Below, piece by piece: positions 38,579 through 49,107 of a stretch of DNA of 64,000 nt (its first letter is position 1; every line of letters starts with the position of its first letter). The DNA is from Eubacteriaceae bacterium UBA6119. GTDB lineage: Bacteria > Bacillota > Clostridia > Eubacteriales > UBA1433. The DNA lies in assembly GCA_002423395.1 (NCBI GenBank), contig DIVZ01000007.1, positions 26,110 through 90,109 of the forward strand, read 5' to 3'. Position numbers and translations under genes: made by a program. The notes beneath the pieces were generated by a model. The model made no database searches and was not told where the DNA came from. It saw nothing but the letters and a program-made list of their open reading frames with translations.

Positions 38579-39219
38579 AAGCGGTAATTTTAGGCAACGG
38601 CACATATGGTGATTTAAACTTTTATAAAGATTATTTATATAAATATAATCCCGATATTATAATCTGCGCCGACGGCGGACTTAAAACGGCGTTAAAAATC
38701 GGCATTATTCCGCATGTGCTGCTGGGAGATTTTGATTCTGTTGAAAAAGAAGAATACGACTATATAAAAGAAAAAGCAAAAATTGTCACTTATCAGAAAC
38801 GGAAAGATTTTACTGATGTTTCCTTATGTTTGAAGTATGCCGCGGAAAACGGATACAACGATATTGTTTTATTCGGAGTATTGGGTACAAGGTTTGACCA
38901 TTCTCTTGTAAATGTATACTTATTAAAAAATGCATTTGATAACTTTTCAAAGGCAAGAATTATTAATGAATATAATGAAATTTTTTTAATAAATAATTAT
39001 GTGCGCTTATCGGGAGTTAAGAATAAAACTATTTCTGTTCTGCCTTACAGCGACGTAATTGACGGCATTTATTTAAAAGGATTCTCATATCCGCTTTATA
39101 ATGCGGTAATGTCTAAGGAAAATCCGTACGGTGTAAGCAACTACGCGGATAATGACACGGTAGAAATAAAAATAAACAGCGGAACAGCTTTAATAGTAAT
39201 TACTCAGGATAATTATTAA
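38575..39219 (+). CDS. thiN: thiamine diphosphokinase
   Basis: 214 aa with ICADGG and GDFDS motifs and GTRFDH. Position after rsgA. Confidence 0.8.
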   Translation: MKAVILGNGTYGDLNFYKDYLYKYNPDIIICADGGLKTALKIGIIPHVLLGDFDSVEKEEYDYIKEKAKIVTYQKRKDFTDVSLCLKYAAENGYNDIVLFGVLGTRFDHSLVNVYLLKNAFDNFSKARIINEYNEIFLINNYVRLSGVKNKTISVLPYSDVIDGIYLKGFSYPLYNAVMSKENPYGVSNYADNDTVEIKINSGTALIVITQDNY

Positions 39220-39300
39220 GAATAAAAAATGCACATTTCTTTTAGATATTAATATTATGCTTTAAAAGCCAATATTTTTATTTGTCGGGATGTGATTGAA

Positions 39301-39468
39301 ATGATGTCAAAAAAAACTTGCGACATATTTAATTTTTTGATAATAGGAATTTTACTTATTTTAGCGCTGCCTAAACGCTTTTGGTACATATGTCTTATTG
39401 CAGCTGCCATACCTTTTGTTTATTATATGCTTACATGCGGAGGTTGGAATAAGTTTTTCCGTAAATAA
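39301..39468 (+). CDS. possible small two-helix membrane protein (not in ORF track)
   Basis: Own translation: MMSKKTCDIFNFLIIGILLILALPKRFWYICLIAAAIPFVYYMLTCGGWNKFFRK (55 aa). A terminator follows directly. The RBS is weak, so this is low confidence. Confidence 0.3.
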   Translation: MMSKKTCDIFNFLIIGILLILALPKRFWYICLIAAAIPFVYYMLTCGGWNKFFRK

Positions 39469-39474
39469 TGAAAA

Positions 39475-39506
39475 AAACAGACAAAATTTAATATATGTCT
39501 GTTTTT
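39475..39506. terminator. bidirectional intrinsic terminator shared by the thiN-side transcript and rpmB
   Basis: AAACAGACA / TGTCTGTTT stem with a 12-nt loop, an A-run on the left and a T-run on the right. It lies between convergent genes. Confidence 0.65.
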
Positions 39507-39532
39507 ATATCATTTTTTTGATAATTATTTTA

Positions 39533-39721
39533 CTAAGCACGTGTAACCTTTTCTGAACGCAGACAGCGAGTGCATACATATACTTGTTTGGGAGTGCCGT
39601 TTTCTATGATGTTTACTTTTCTTAAGTTAGGTCTCCAAACACGATGCGTATGTCTATTAGAATGGCTTACAGTATTTCCGCTTATCGGTTTTTTTTCACA
39701 TACATAACATTGTTTCGCCAT
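39533..39721 (-). CDS. rpmB: 50S ribosomal protein L28
   Basis: 62 aa. MAKQCYVCEKKPISGNTVSHSNRHTHRVWRPNL is the canonical L28 sequence pattern. Confidence 0.95.
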   Translation of the reverse strand: MAKQCYVCEKKPISGNTVSHSNRHTHRVWRPNLRKVNIIENGTPKQVYVCTRCLRSEKVTRA

Positions 39722-39887
39722 GTTAATACCTCCTTAGTATTTGCATAGAGCGTTAAACATTATAACACTAAAAAATATAAATTTGCAAATGTTTTTTTAA
39801 AAGTTTTTAAATATATACAATAATATAATAACAAAACTTGATAAAAATAAAAAAATGAAGTAAAATACGAACAAAGGAGGTGTCTTA

Positions 39888-40232
39888 ATGTATATAGACG
39901 CTGAAAGCAGATATGGACTTATTAGAATGTCTAAGCGTATGATAGCTAAAATTGCAGCTTTTGCGGCAATGGATTCTTACGGGCTTGTCGGTATGGCGAG
40001 AAAGCATTGCGGGCTGGTTGAACTTTTAAAAAGAGAACAAGGTTCTAAAGGCGTCAGAATAACACAAGACGGCGATGGCATTATTATAGATTTATTTGTA
40101 ATTTTTGAATTTGGGGTTAAGCTTCAGACTGTGGCGGAGAACGTTGTAGAAAAAGTCAGATATAATGTTGAACTCGCAACCGATATTAAAGTAAAGAAAA
40201 TTAACATCTATGTAGAAAGTGTAAGAGTTTAA
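39888..40232 (+). CDS. Asp23/Gls24-family envelope stress protein
   Basis: 114 aa with the pattern IAKIAAFAAMDSYGLVGM and a C-terminal KVKKINIYVESV. Precedes the DAK2-domain gene, as in the yloU-yloV pair. Confidence 0.85.
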   Translation: MYIDAESRYGLIRMSKRMIAKIAAFAAMDSYGLVGMARKHCGLVELLKREQGSKGVRITQDGDGIIIDLFVIFEFGVKLQTVAENVVEKVRYNVELATDIKVKKINIYVESVRV

Positions 40233-40251
40233 GACTTAAAAAGGTGCAACA

Positions 40252-41874
40252 ATGAATACAATTAGCGGACAGGCATTGAAAGATGCAATAATATATGCTG
40301 CTGCATATTTAGAGTTAAACAAAGACGAAGTAAACAGTCTCAATGTTTTTCCGGTTCCGGACGGAGATACAGGAACCAATATGTCGCTGACTATTAGTTA
40401 CGCGGCAAAAAATGTGCAGAAGGCGGAAGAAGTAAACGTGAAGAGCATTGCCAAACTTATGTCTTCGGGCGCATTAATGGGCGCGAGAGGCAATTCCGGC
40501 GTTATACTGTCACAGCTTTTCAGAGGGTTTTATGAAGGCTGCAAGGAGCGAAACACATTAAACGTTTCACAATTTGCCGATTGTTTAAAATCTTCTTCCG
40601 ACATGGCTTATAAGGCTGTAATAAAACCGACAGAAGGCACTATTTTGACGGTAGCCCGTGAAATGGGAGCTTTCGCAGTGGCAAACTGCGGCAGATATGA
40701 AGAAATAGAAAATTTTTTAGAAGATATAATAGCTCACGGCGAGATAATACTTGCAAAAACTCCGGATATGCTTCCGGTATTAAAAGAAGCCGGAGTTGTA
40801 GACGCGGGCGGAATGGGACTTATTTATATTTTCAAAGGTTACCTTGCCTCTATTAAAGGTGAAAAAATTGAAGAAAAAGATTTTTCGCAGGCTAAAGGAA
40901 CGCAGAAAATTGCGGATACTTCTGTTTCTCACGATATAAAATTTTTATATTGTACAGAGGTTATGATACAAGGGGACTGTTCTACAGCGCCCACTCTGCG
41001 TACAAAACTTTCGCCTCTTGGAGACAGCATGCTTGTAATTGGAGATGAAGATGTAATAAAAATACATATTCATTCTAATGATCCGGGCAAAGTTATAACT
41101 CACTGTCTGGTTCACGGCGAGCTTATTGATGTAAAAATCGAGAATATGAAGATGCAGCACGAAAACACTTTGGTGCAAGACGGCGCTTTCGCGAGAAAAA
41201 GACATGAAAAGCGCTCAAAATTTGCTTTTATTACAGTATCGGCGGGAAGCGGTCTTAGTAAAATATTTGAAGATTTGGGTGTTGGCAACATAATTCAGGG
41301 CGGACAAACAATGAACCCCAGCACTCAGGATTTTTTAGATGAGATTGATTTAATAAACGCTGACGTGATATATTTGCTGCCGAACAATAAAAATATTATT
41401 CTTGCGGCTAATCAGGCAAAAGAACTGTCAGGGGAAAACATTCAGGTAATACCCACTAAAACAATACCTCAGGGAATCGCCGCAATACTTGCGTATGATG
41501 AGAGTGCGGATAATGAGGAAAATATAGAGAATATTAATAACGCAATTAAAAACGTTAAAACCGGTCAGGTTACATTCGCTGTACGCGATACGAATATCGG
41601 AAACAAAACGATAAAAAAAGGCAACATTATCGGCATCAGCGACAGAGACGGAATTGTAACGGTAACGACTTCTCCGGAAAAAACCGCCGTTGAACTTGTT
41701 CAAAATATGGCGGATAAAGATACCGAACTTATTTATATTTATTACGGAGCAGACGTGGAAGAAAAAGACGCGGAAAAACTTCACAAGAAACTGGAAAAAA
41801 TATATGGCAATATTGACGTTGTACTGCAGTACGGCGGACAGCCTTTATATTATTATATAGTATCAGTAGAGTAA
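40252..41874 (+). CDS. yloV: DAK2-domain fusion protein YloV
   Basis: 540 aa with the N-terminal DhaL/DAK2 motif DGDTGTNM and GARGNSG, plus a C-terminal DegV-like uncharacterised half. Confidence 0.85.
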   Translation: MNTISGQALKDAIIYAAAYLELNKDEVNSLNVFPVPDGDTGTNMSLTISYAAKNVQKAEEVNVKSIAKLMSSGALMGARGNSGVILSQLFRGFYEGCKERNTLNVSQFADCLKSSSDMAYKAVIKPTEGTILTVAREMGAFAVANCGRYEEIENFLEDIIAHGEIILAKTPDMLPVLKEAGVVDAGGMGLIYIFKGYLASIKGEKIEEKDFSQAKGTQKIADTSVSHDIKFLYCTEVMIQGDCSTAPTLRTKLSPLGDSMLVIGDEDVIKIHIHSNDPGKVITHCLVHGELIDVKIENMKMQHENTLVQDGAFARKRHEKRSKFAFITVSAGSGLSKIFEDLGVGNIIQGGQTMNPSTQDFLDEIDLINADVIYLLPNNKNIILAANQAKELSGENIQVIPTKTIPQGIAAILAYDESADNEENIENINNAIKNVKTGQVTFAVRDTNIGNKTIKKGNIIGISDRDGIVTVTTSPEKTAVELVQNMADKDTELIYIYYGADVEEKDAEKLHKKLEKIYGNIDVVLQYGGQPLYYYIVSVE

Positions 41875-41884
41875 GAAATTATTT

Positions 41885-43939
41885 ATGTTATTTTATTTTA
41901 ATAATCAAAACATAGAATTAAAAAAAATAAAAGGTATAGCAGATAAGAGAGAGAATGCCCTTAAGGATATGGGCATTTTTTCTCTATATGACCTATTGAT
42001 GTATATACCTAAATCGTACGAAGACAGAACACAGATAAGCGATGTTTTGAATATCGAAAAAAGCGGCTACGCCGGCGTGATAATTAAAGTAACATCAAAC
42101 GCTAAAGTAAGTTATTTAAAAAACAGAAAAAGCGTTGTAAAAATTAATGCCTTAAGCAGCGGAATTAAAGGAAGCGTCGTTATATATAACGCATCATACA
42201 GCGCTTCGAGATTTGAAATAGATAAAGAATATTATGTATTCGGATGGGTTGAGGCGGACAAAAATGGATTTCTAATAACCAATCCTAAAGCAGTATCGGA
42301 ATATAATGATTTATCATCCGCTCTTAGAATATTCGCTGAATACAAAATACCGCAAAACATAAACATCTCGCAAAACACAATGAGGCTTATAATCAGCAAC
42401 GCGCTTAGTCTGTATGAAAATAATATTTGCGATTTGCTTACGGATGAACTTAAAAATGAATTAGAAATCATGGATATAAGACAGGCGATATTAAGTTTAC
42501 ATTTACCGGAAAATAAAAGCGATATAATATATGCCAAAGACAGACTTGCGTTTGATGAAGTTTTTTCAGCGATACTGTATTTGAAACAAAGGAAAAAAGA
42601 AATTACCGGAAAAAAGAATAATTTCATAACCGAGGACTTAATCAGAGAAAAATTTACGGCAAATTTAAATTACATGCTGACCGATGCGCAGATTAACGCC
42701 GTTAATGATATAGTTTGTGATATGGCAAAAGAGGAGCAGATAATGAACAGACTGGTACAGGGCGACGTGGGATGCGGAAAAACAATTGTGGCATTTTACG
42801 CTTTAATAAACGCCGCTCAAAACGGTTATCAGTCGGTGTTTATTGCGCCTACGGAGATGCTTGCAAAGCAGCACTTTGAAAACATAACAAAACTAGCAGA
42901 TATTTTTAATGTCAAGGTGGTTTTATTAACATCCTCCTCAAAAGACAGGGAAGAGGTTAAAAAAGCGCTAAGAGAAGAAAAAGGGCTTATTGCAATTGGG
43001 ACACACGCATTGTTTTCGGATGATATTGAATACAACAACTTATCTCTTGTAATAACGGATGAACAGCATAAATTCGGAGTAGCGCAAAGAGCGCGAATGG
43101 CAAACAAGGGGAAAAACCCTCATATTTTAATGATGAGCGCAACGCCTATTCCGAGAACTTTATCAATGGCGGTGTATGCGAATTTAGATGTAAGTATAAT
43201 AGACGAAATGCCGCCTTGCAGGAAGCCTGTGCTTACTTATTCTACTGACTGTTCAAATAAGAAAAGGTTATACAAATACATTGAAAATAAAATAAACGCA
43301 GGTCAGCAATGTTATATTGTGTGCGCGGGAATCGAGATAGACGAGGACGAAGATATAATTTCACTTGCAGAGCAGTACGAAGAGTTGTCCGAATACTTAA
43401 GTGACATTAGTATGGGATGTATTCACGGCAAAATGAGCGCGCAGGAAAAAGATAATATAACAAATAAGTTCATAAGTAACCAAATAAGCGTTTTGATTGC
43501 GACTACCGTTATTGAAGTGGGGGTTGATAATGCAAACGCGAATTTAATTGTTATTAACAACGCAGAAAGGTTCGGGCTTTCTCAGCTGCATCAGATGCGG
43601 GGCAGAGTGGGAAGAGGAAGCGTTCAAGGCGAGTGCATTCTGCTGACAGACTCAAAATCAGAAATGGCAGAAAAGCGCATAGAAATACTTAAAAACTCTT
43701 CTGACGGATTTGAAATTGCGCAGCGCGATTTATATTTAAGAGGACCCGGCGAGATGTTTGGGTACAGACAGCACGGAATGTTTAATTTTAAATATGCGGA
43801 TATATATAAAAACCCTGAATTAATTCATAAAGCAAATAAAGCGGCAGATTTGATGTGCTCAGATAAAAAATACAGCGAAACTGTCGAAAAGATATTGAAT
43901 ATATTTTATTTAAACCAATCGGATGTTATAGATAATTAG
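41885..43939 (+). CDS. recG: ATP-dependent DNA helicase RecG
   Basis: 684 aa with a wedge domain, then GDVGCGKT (Walker A), TDEQHKFG (DEQH box), MSATPIPRT and QLHQMRGRVGRG. Confidence 0.95.
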   Translation: MLFYFNNQNIELKKIKGIADKRENALKDMGIFSLYDLLMYIPKSYEDRTQISDVLNIEKSGYAGVIIKVTSNAKVSYLKNRKSVVKINALSSGIKGSVVIYNASYSASRFEIDKEYYVFGWVEADKNGFLITNPKAVSEYNDLSSALRIFAEYKIPQNINISQNTMRLIISNALSLYENNICDLLTDELKNELEIMDIRQAILSLHLPENKSDIIYAKDRLAFDEVFSAILYLKQRKKEITGKKNNFITEDLIREKFTANLNYMLTDAQINAVNDIVCDMAKEEQIMNRLVQGDVGCGKTIVAFYALINAAQNGYQSVFIAPTEMLAKQHFENITKLADIFNVKVVLLTSSSKDREEVKKALREEKGLIAIGTHALFSDDIEYNNLSLVITDEQHKFGVAQRARMANKGKNPHILMMSATPIPRTLSMAVYANLDVSIIDEMPPCRKPVLTYSTDCSNKKRLYKYIENKINAGQQCYIVCAGIEIDEDEDIISLAEQYEELSEYLSDISMGCIHGKMSAQEKDNITNKFISNQISVLIATTVIEVGVDNANANLIVINNAERFGLSQLHQMRGRVGRGSVQGECILLTDSKSEMAEKRIEILKNSSDGFEIAQRDLYLRGPGEMFGYRQHGMFNFKYADIYKNPELIHKANKAADLMCSDKKYSETVEKILNIFYLNQSDVIDN

Positions 43940-43950
43940 GAGAGGTAAGC

Positions 43951-44493
43951 GTGAGAATTATAGGCGGAAAAGCTAAAGGGAAACTTGTAATAACGTTAAA
44001 AAACAATAATATCCGTCCTACAGGAGCTAAAGTAAGAGAGGCGATATTTAATATTATTGCGCCTTATATTGAAGACAGCGTATTTTTGGACGGGTTTGCA
44101 GGAAGCGGAGCCGTAGGCATTGAAGCAATAAGCAGAGGCGCGAAAAAGTGCGTTTTTGTAGATAATAATCATGCAAGCATTAATATAATAAAGAAAAATA
44201 TTAATAATACGGGCGTTGAAGATGCCAGTATTGTTATTAAAGATAATTTTTTTAATTTTATTAAACAAAATAAATATAATTTTGATATAATATTTTTAGA
44301 TCCTCCGTACGCTATGGACGGAGTAAGTGATATTGTCGTAAATGTGCAGCAAGCAGGTATATTGCAAGAAGGCGGTTTATTGATAATAGAACATGAGAGC
44401 GGGATAATTATAAATTCCAGCGAAAAAATGACACTTACAAAACAAAAAAAATATTCCGATACAACAGTATCAATTTACGAAAGGATTAATTGA
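43951..44493 (+). CDS. rsmD: 16S rRNA (guanine966-N2)-methyltransferase RsmD
   Basis: 180 aa with a GTG start, the SAM motif LDGFAGSGAVGIEAISRGA and the catalytic DPPY. Confidence 0.9.
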   Translation: MRIIGGKAKGKLVITLKNNNIRPTGAKVREAIFNIIAPYIEDSVFLDGFAGSGAVGIEAISRGAKKCVFVDNNHASINIIKKNINNTGVEDASIVIKDNFFNFIKQNKYNFDIIFLDPPYAMDGVSDIVVNVQQAGILQEGGLLIIEHESGIIINSSEKMTLTKQKKYSDTTVSIYERIN

Positions 44494-44978
44494 TGAGCAC
44501 AGCAGTATATCCGGGTAGTTTTGACCCGATTACAAACGGGCATTTGGATATTATTCAGAGAGCATCAAAAATAGTTGACAAGCTATATGTCGCAGTTTTG
44601 GTGAACAGAAATAAAAAATATATGTTTTCTTTGGAAGAAAGAGTTGAATTTATAAAAAAATCAACAGGCGGAATTGCGAATATTGAGGTGGTTTCATACG
44701 ACGGATTGCTCGTGGATTTTTGCAGAGAAAAAGGCGCAAATGCCATTTTTAAAGGATTGAGAGCTATAACAGATTATGAAATAGAAGTTCAAATGGCGCT
44801 TATGAACAAGAGGCTTGAGAACAATGTGGAAACAGTATTGCTGGTATCAGCGGTTGATCACTCTTTTATAAGTTCAAGCATAATAAAGGAAGTGGCTTTT
44901 TACGGAGGAGACATAGCAGGGCTTGTGCCTGAGCATGTAAGAGAAGCTATTTTAGAAAAATGGAGGAATATAGATTGA
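44490..44978 (+). CDS. coaD: phosphopantetheine adenylyltransferase
   Basis: 162 aa. AVYPGSFDPITNGHLDII is the canonical CoaD N-terminus. Confidence 0.95.
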   Translation: MMSTAVYPGSFDPITNGHLDIIQRASKIVDKLYVAVLVNRNKKYMFSLEERVEFIKKSTGGIANIEVVSYDGLLVDFCREKGANAIFKGLRAITDYEIEVQMALMNKRLENNVETVLLVSAVDHSFISSSIIKEVAFYGGDIAGLVPEHVREAILEKWRNID

Positions 44979-45469
44979 AAGTAATAGAATTAATTGATGA
45001 ATTGGAAGAAATAGTAAGAAGAAGCAACACGGTTCCTCTGTCAAATAAAAAAATCATGCTTAATCCCGATGATATAATTGATATCATTGACGAAATAAGG
45101 ATGAGACTTCCTGAAGAAGTGCTTGAAGCGAGGAGAATAAAACAGGAAGAAAACAGAATTATAGCTGCCGCGCAGACAAAAGCGAAGGCGTTAATTGAAG
45201 GTGCGGTAAAAAAACAAAAAGAGCTTATTGACAGCGATGAGGTAGCAAAGAACGCGTACAGCCAGGCAGAGACGACAATTAAAGAAAGCGAAGAAAAAGC
45301 AAAAAAAATACTAGCCAAAGCTGAAGCGAACGCCAAAGAAATAATATCAGGCTGCGCGGAATATTCCGAAGGAATTATTAAGAGAATTCAGGACGATCTT
45401 AAGAAAACTAACGAAATTCTTGAAGAAAACAGAAATCAGCTAAAAGGCATAAAAAGAAAAAATACTTAA
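44960..45469 (+). CDS. hypothetical coiled-coil protein (ATP-synthase-b-like K/E/A-rich helix)
   Basis: 169-aa ORF overlapping the coaD 3' end. An alternative TTG start at 44975 lies 8 nt after GGAGG. Its stop overlaps the stop of convergent ylbJ by 4 nt. Confidence 0.55.
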   Translation: MEEYRLKVIELIDELEEIVRRSNTVPLSNKKIMLNPDDIIDIIDEIRMRLPEEVLEARRIKQEENRIIAAAQTKAKALIEGAVKKQKELIDSDEVAKNAYSQAETTIKESEEKAKKILAKAEANAKEIISGCAEYSEGIIKRIQDDLKKTNEILEENRNQLKGIKRKNT

Positions 45470-46440
45470 TATAAAAACATACATAAAATATAAGTTATCA
45501 GTGCGGCGATAAACGGCTGCACTGATTTTGCTTTCATATACGGAGTTTTGCTCAAATTGGCATTTTCGAGAAAAGAGATGCACTGAGCATGAACAGAAAG
45601 TCCGCCCCAGTTTATTATAAATGAAGTAAATACAATTTTCGCAATTATAGATATATCAAGCAAGTAAATTTTGTCGCATCCCCCTGTTATTTCAACTAAA
45701 CCCCATAAAAAGCCCGTTGTAAATCCTGTAGGCTGAGTTACGCCCATATGGCTTATTAAAGCTGTAATAAAATCAAAAAAACCGCTTGCATTTAAAATTC
45801 CCACGCAAATTCCGAAAAAAACTATGTAACTTCCGACAAGCAGTACTGTGTACATACTGTCGCTTATTGACGATATAAATGTTTTTGTGAAATTCAAATT
45901 ATTTTTTTTTTGCATAGGCAATTCAAAAGAAGTAAGAGTAACTGAATTATTTACAAATAAAAGTCCGGCTATCAGCGCCGAAAGTATAGAAGATACGAGC
46001 AGTATTATACCCACGGCGCTGTCATTGTAGAACAGTATTCCAAGGCTGCTTAATATAAAACCCGGAGAAGTTATTGAGCAAAATGTTGTTACGCAGGTAG
46101 CGTCATTTTTTGAAATTTTACCCGATAAGTACATATCGCACGCTATTTTAATTCCTGCAGGCTGCCCTGCCAGGTATCCCGCTAAAACCGCGAAAAAAGA
46201 AATAGGAGCTATATTATATAATTTTGACAAAGGATAAAAAAAAGGTTTTAAAATGTTTATTATTCCGAAATCTATAAGAATTCTGTTAAGTATGAAAAAA
46301 ACGAATAAAAACGGAGCAAGCTTATTAAGCCAAAGCAGAAATGAATATTTAGCGCTTTCATATGTTTGTACCGGGTATTTAAAGCAAAACACTAAAAGCA
46401 AAAGGAAAATGCCGCAAATTAAAATGTTAGATTTTTTCAT
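45466..46440 (-). CDS. ylbJ: nucleoside-recognition-domain membrane protein, YlbJ-like (sporulation integral membrane protein)
   Basis: 324 aa and polytopic. Its position next to coaD and tmcAL (ylbM) matches the Bacillus ylbI-ylbJ-ylbM neighbourhood. The call rests on context plus overall hydrophobic pattern. Confidence 0.6.
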   Translation of the reverse strand: MKKSNILICGIFLLLLVFCFKYPVQTYESAKYSFLLWLNKLAPFLFVFFILNRILIDFGIINILKPFFYPLSKLYNIAPISFFAVLAGYLAGQPAGIKIACDMYLSGKISKNDATCVTTFCSITSPGFILSSLGILFYNDSAVGIILLVSSILSALIAGLLFVNNSVTLTSFELPMQKKNNLNFTKTFISSISDSMYTVLLVGSYIVFFGICVGILNASGFFDFITALISHMGVTQPTGFTTGFLWGLVEITGGCDKIYLLDISIIAKIVFTSFIINWGGLSVHAQCISFLENANLSKTPYMKAKSVQPFIAALITYILCMFLY

Positions 46441-46511
46441 CTTTGCCTCATAACTTTACAATTAATAAAAGTTATGCGTAAAGATTGTAAGTAATGATAA
46501 AAACGGCATTA

Positions 46512-47696
46512 TCAGTCGAAATAAATGGGGACAGTTTTGTAATCAATACCCTTAGGCGCGCAATTTCCGAGGTTAAATAAATCGGAAGCGATAAGATCAT
46601 AAGAGAATATACATTTTGCAAAACCTGAGGATGAAGAATAAAAATCATAAGTATTTGAGACAATGTTTTTATTTTCTTTTATTTGACTCAGGAACTTTCT
46701 GCCGTTTTGATTAAACCCAAGTACTCTTATATAAGGAACAGGACAGCTTTTTAATTCGCTGTAAGAGATATCAAATCCGCAAATCATGTGGCAGAGGCTT
46801 CGGCTGATGCGCGACTTCGCGTGATGTTTATCCGACATTTTATCAATAAAATCAGATATATTTGTAAACTCACTGAAGTTATTAATTATTTTATTGGCAA
46901 GAGAGGGGGATATGTCGGGATAAGCGCTAAGTTTTTCCGCAGTGCTTATAAGCAGATTTTGATATATAATATTTTTATAATTTTCAATATCGTTTATGTT
47001 TATATCATTTAATATATCAGCCGTAAAGTAAGGCACATAGTTTACATATCCGTTATCTTTAGCTTTGAGCATTTGTCTTATCTGCGATGCCGAAGAGAAA
47101 ACAGAATCAGGCTTAAGGGAATTGTGGTCCGCGCCTACGCGTTTTACCGCATGCGGCTTTATAGGATAATTATTTATTATTATCTGCTTTAGATATTCTA
47201 CCGCAAGAATATTATTGGGGCTGCACAGAATATCATTTAATTCGGGGCTGTATTCCTCCGCCGCGAGCTGTCTTGATTTGGCGTAAGACCTGCCTTGGGA
47301 AAGATGATTTTTTAATGAGTCTTTAAAGTCTTTTTCTTCAAAAGATAATATTTCAGCAGCTTTTAATAACTTCTGCAAATTATCATCTTCGCATCCGAAG
47401 GAAATATAGTCGCACGAAAGCTGGTTTAATATATTAACAGCGCCGTAAGCGAATATCTCTGCGCCTGAACAACTGTACGCGTAAGGAAGCATTACAATAA
47501 GGTCAGCTCCGGCACTCAGCGCCATTTGTGTGCGAAGAAATTTGCTGCACACTGCGACTTCGCCGCGCTGAACAAAATCCCCTGAGAGCACGCATATTAT
47601 TACTTCGGCGCCGGTTTGAGTTTTAGTTTTACTCATATGGTAGTAATGTCCGTTGTGAAACGGGTTGTATTCAGCTATAATTCCTGCAGATAACAT
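46512..47696 (-). CDS. tmcAL: tRNA(Met) cytidine acetate ligase TmcAL (YlbM / UPF0348)
   Basis: 394 aa. GIIAEYNPFHNGHYYH is the nucleotidyltransferase HxGH-type motif typical of this family. Confidence 0.85.
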   Translation of the reverse strand: MLSAGIIAEYNPFHNGHYYHMSKTKTQTGAEVIICVLSGDFVQRGEVAVCSKFLRTQMALSAGADLIVMLPYAYSCSGAEIFAYGAVNILNQLSCDYISFGCEDDNLQKLLKAAEILSFEEKDFKDSLKNHLSQGRSYAKSRQLAAEEYSPELNDILCSPNNILAVEYLKQIIINNYPIKPHAVKRVGADHNSLKPDSVFSSASQIRQMLKAKDNGYVNYVPYFTADILNDININDIENYKNIIYQNLLISTAEKLSAYPDISPSLANKIINNFSEFTNISDFIDKMSDKHHAKSRISRSLCHMICGFDISYSELKSCPVPYIRVLGFNQNGRKFLSQIKENKNIVSNTYDFYSSSSGFAKCIFSYDLIASDLFNLGNCAPKGIDYKTVPIYFD

Positions 47697-47777
47697 AAGC
47701 GCACCTTTAAATAAAAATATTATGGATATATTATATATTAATATATGATTACTTAAAGTATCAAATTATTTTATTTA

Positions 47778-47806
47778 TTGAAAATAAAATATGTGTAATA
47801 TATAAT
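47778..47806 (+). promoter_or_regulatory. sigma-A-type promoter for ackA
   Basis: TTGAAA (47778-47783), 17-nt spacer, TATAAT (47801-47806). Confidence 0.55.
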
Positions 47807-47848
47807 GTTATGGTGTTATTTTATCAAAATTTATTGGAGGATAATTAA

Positions 47849-49045
47849 TTGAAAATACTAGTTATTAATTGCGGAAGTTCTTCTTTAAAATATCAGTTAT
47901 TTGATATGGAAGACAGATCAGTGTTGGCTAAAGGGCTTGCAGAACGTATCGGGATTGAGGGTTCTATTCTTACTCATAAGCCGACAGGAAAAGATAACGC
48001 TGTGTTCCAGCAGCCTATGAAAGACCATAAAGACGCTCTGCGAATATTAATGGACGCGCTTGTTGACCCCAAATGCGGAGTAATTAAAGACATGAGCGAA
48101 ATAACAGCGGTAGGACACAGAGTTGTTCATGCGGGAGAAAAATTTGCTTCTTCTGTAAAACTTACTGACGAAGTTATACAAGCATTGGAAGACTGCGTTC
48201 CGCTCGCGCCGCTTCATAATCCGCCGAATTTGATGGGCATTGAAGCATGCAAAGCAATACTGGGAGATACTCCCATGGTTGGAGTATTTGACACTGCTTT
48301 CCATCAGACTATGCCGGATTACGCGTATATTTATCCGCTGCCGTATGAATACTATGAAAAATACGGCGTTAGAAAATACGGTTTCCATGGCACAAGCCAC
48401 AGATATGTGTCGCAAAGAGCGGCGGCAATGCTGAACAAGGATATTAAAGAGCTTAAAATAGTAACATGCCATTTAGGCAACGGAAGCTCTATAGCGGCTG
48501 TAGACTGCGGATGCAGCGTAGAAACATCTATGGGGTTCACGCCTCTTGACGGGCTTGCAATGGGCACAAGATGCGGAACAATAGACCCTGCGATAGTTAC
48601 ATTTTTAATGCAGAAAGAAAACCTTTCGGTTAAAGAAATAGACAGCATACTAAACAAAAAATCAGGCGTATTGGGCGTAAGCGGAGTAAGCAGTGATTTT
48701 AGAGATATTGAAACAGCCGCAAATGAAGGAAACAAAAGAGCTGCGCTTGCCTTGAAAATATTCACATACAGAGTAAAATGCACAATAGCGCAGTATGCAG
48801 CAGCAATGGGCGGCATAGACGCTGTTGTATTCACAGCAGGCATCGGCGAGAATTCAAAGACTATAAGAGAAGCATGTATTGAAAATTTAGAGTTTATGGG
48901 AATTAAGCTTGACAAAGAGCTTAATAACCAAAGAGGAAAAGAAGCGTTTATTTGCGCAAAAGATTCACGCATCGCCGTACTTTTAATTCCTACAGATGAA
49001 GAATTAATGATTGCAGTTGACACTAAAGAAATAATAGAAGCATAA
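47849..49045 (+). CDS. ackA: acetate kinase
   Basis: 398 aa with a TTG start after GGAGG. Motifs [25 protein letters not shown]-like (VGHRVVHAG) and GFHGTSH. Confidence 0.95.
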   Translation: MKILVINCGSSSLKYQLFDMEDRSVLAKGLAERIGIEGSILTHKPTGKDNAVFQQPMKDHKDALRILMDALVDPKCGVIKDMSEITAVGHRVVHAGEKFASSVKLTDEVIQALEDCVPLAPLHNPPNLMGIEACKAILGDTPMVGVFDTAFHQTMPDYAYIYPLPYEYYEKYGVRKYGFHGTSHRYVSQRAAAMLNKDIKELKIVTCHLGNGSSIAAVDCGCSVETSMGFTPLDGLAMGTRCGTIDPAIVTFLMQKENLSVKEIDSILNKKSGVLGVSGVSSDFRDIETAANEGNKRAALALKIFTYRVKCTIAQYAAAMGGIDAVVFTAGIGENSKTIREACIENLEFMGIKLDKELNNQRGKEAFICAKDSRIAVLLIPTDEELMIAVDTKEIIEA

Positions 49046-49050
49046 TTTTA

Positions 49051-49079
49051 TTGACATGAAATAATATTATCTGTATAAT
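49051..49079 (+). promoter_or_regulatory. consensus sigma-A promoter for yceD-rpmF
   Basis: TTGACA (49051-49056), 17-nt spacer, TATAAT (49074-49079). Both hexamers match the consensus perfectly. Confidence 0.65.
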
Positions 49080-49107
49080 GTTGTGTGCGGCTTAAAGGGA
49101 GTAAAAA

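Noticed and set aside
45466-45469. Convergent genes (the coiled-coil ORF and ylbJ) whose stop codons overlap, with no terminator between them.
   Set aside because: This is a simple TTAA-type stop overlap. It is noted as a curiosity, with no further structure to support a regulatory claim.
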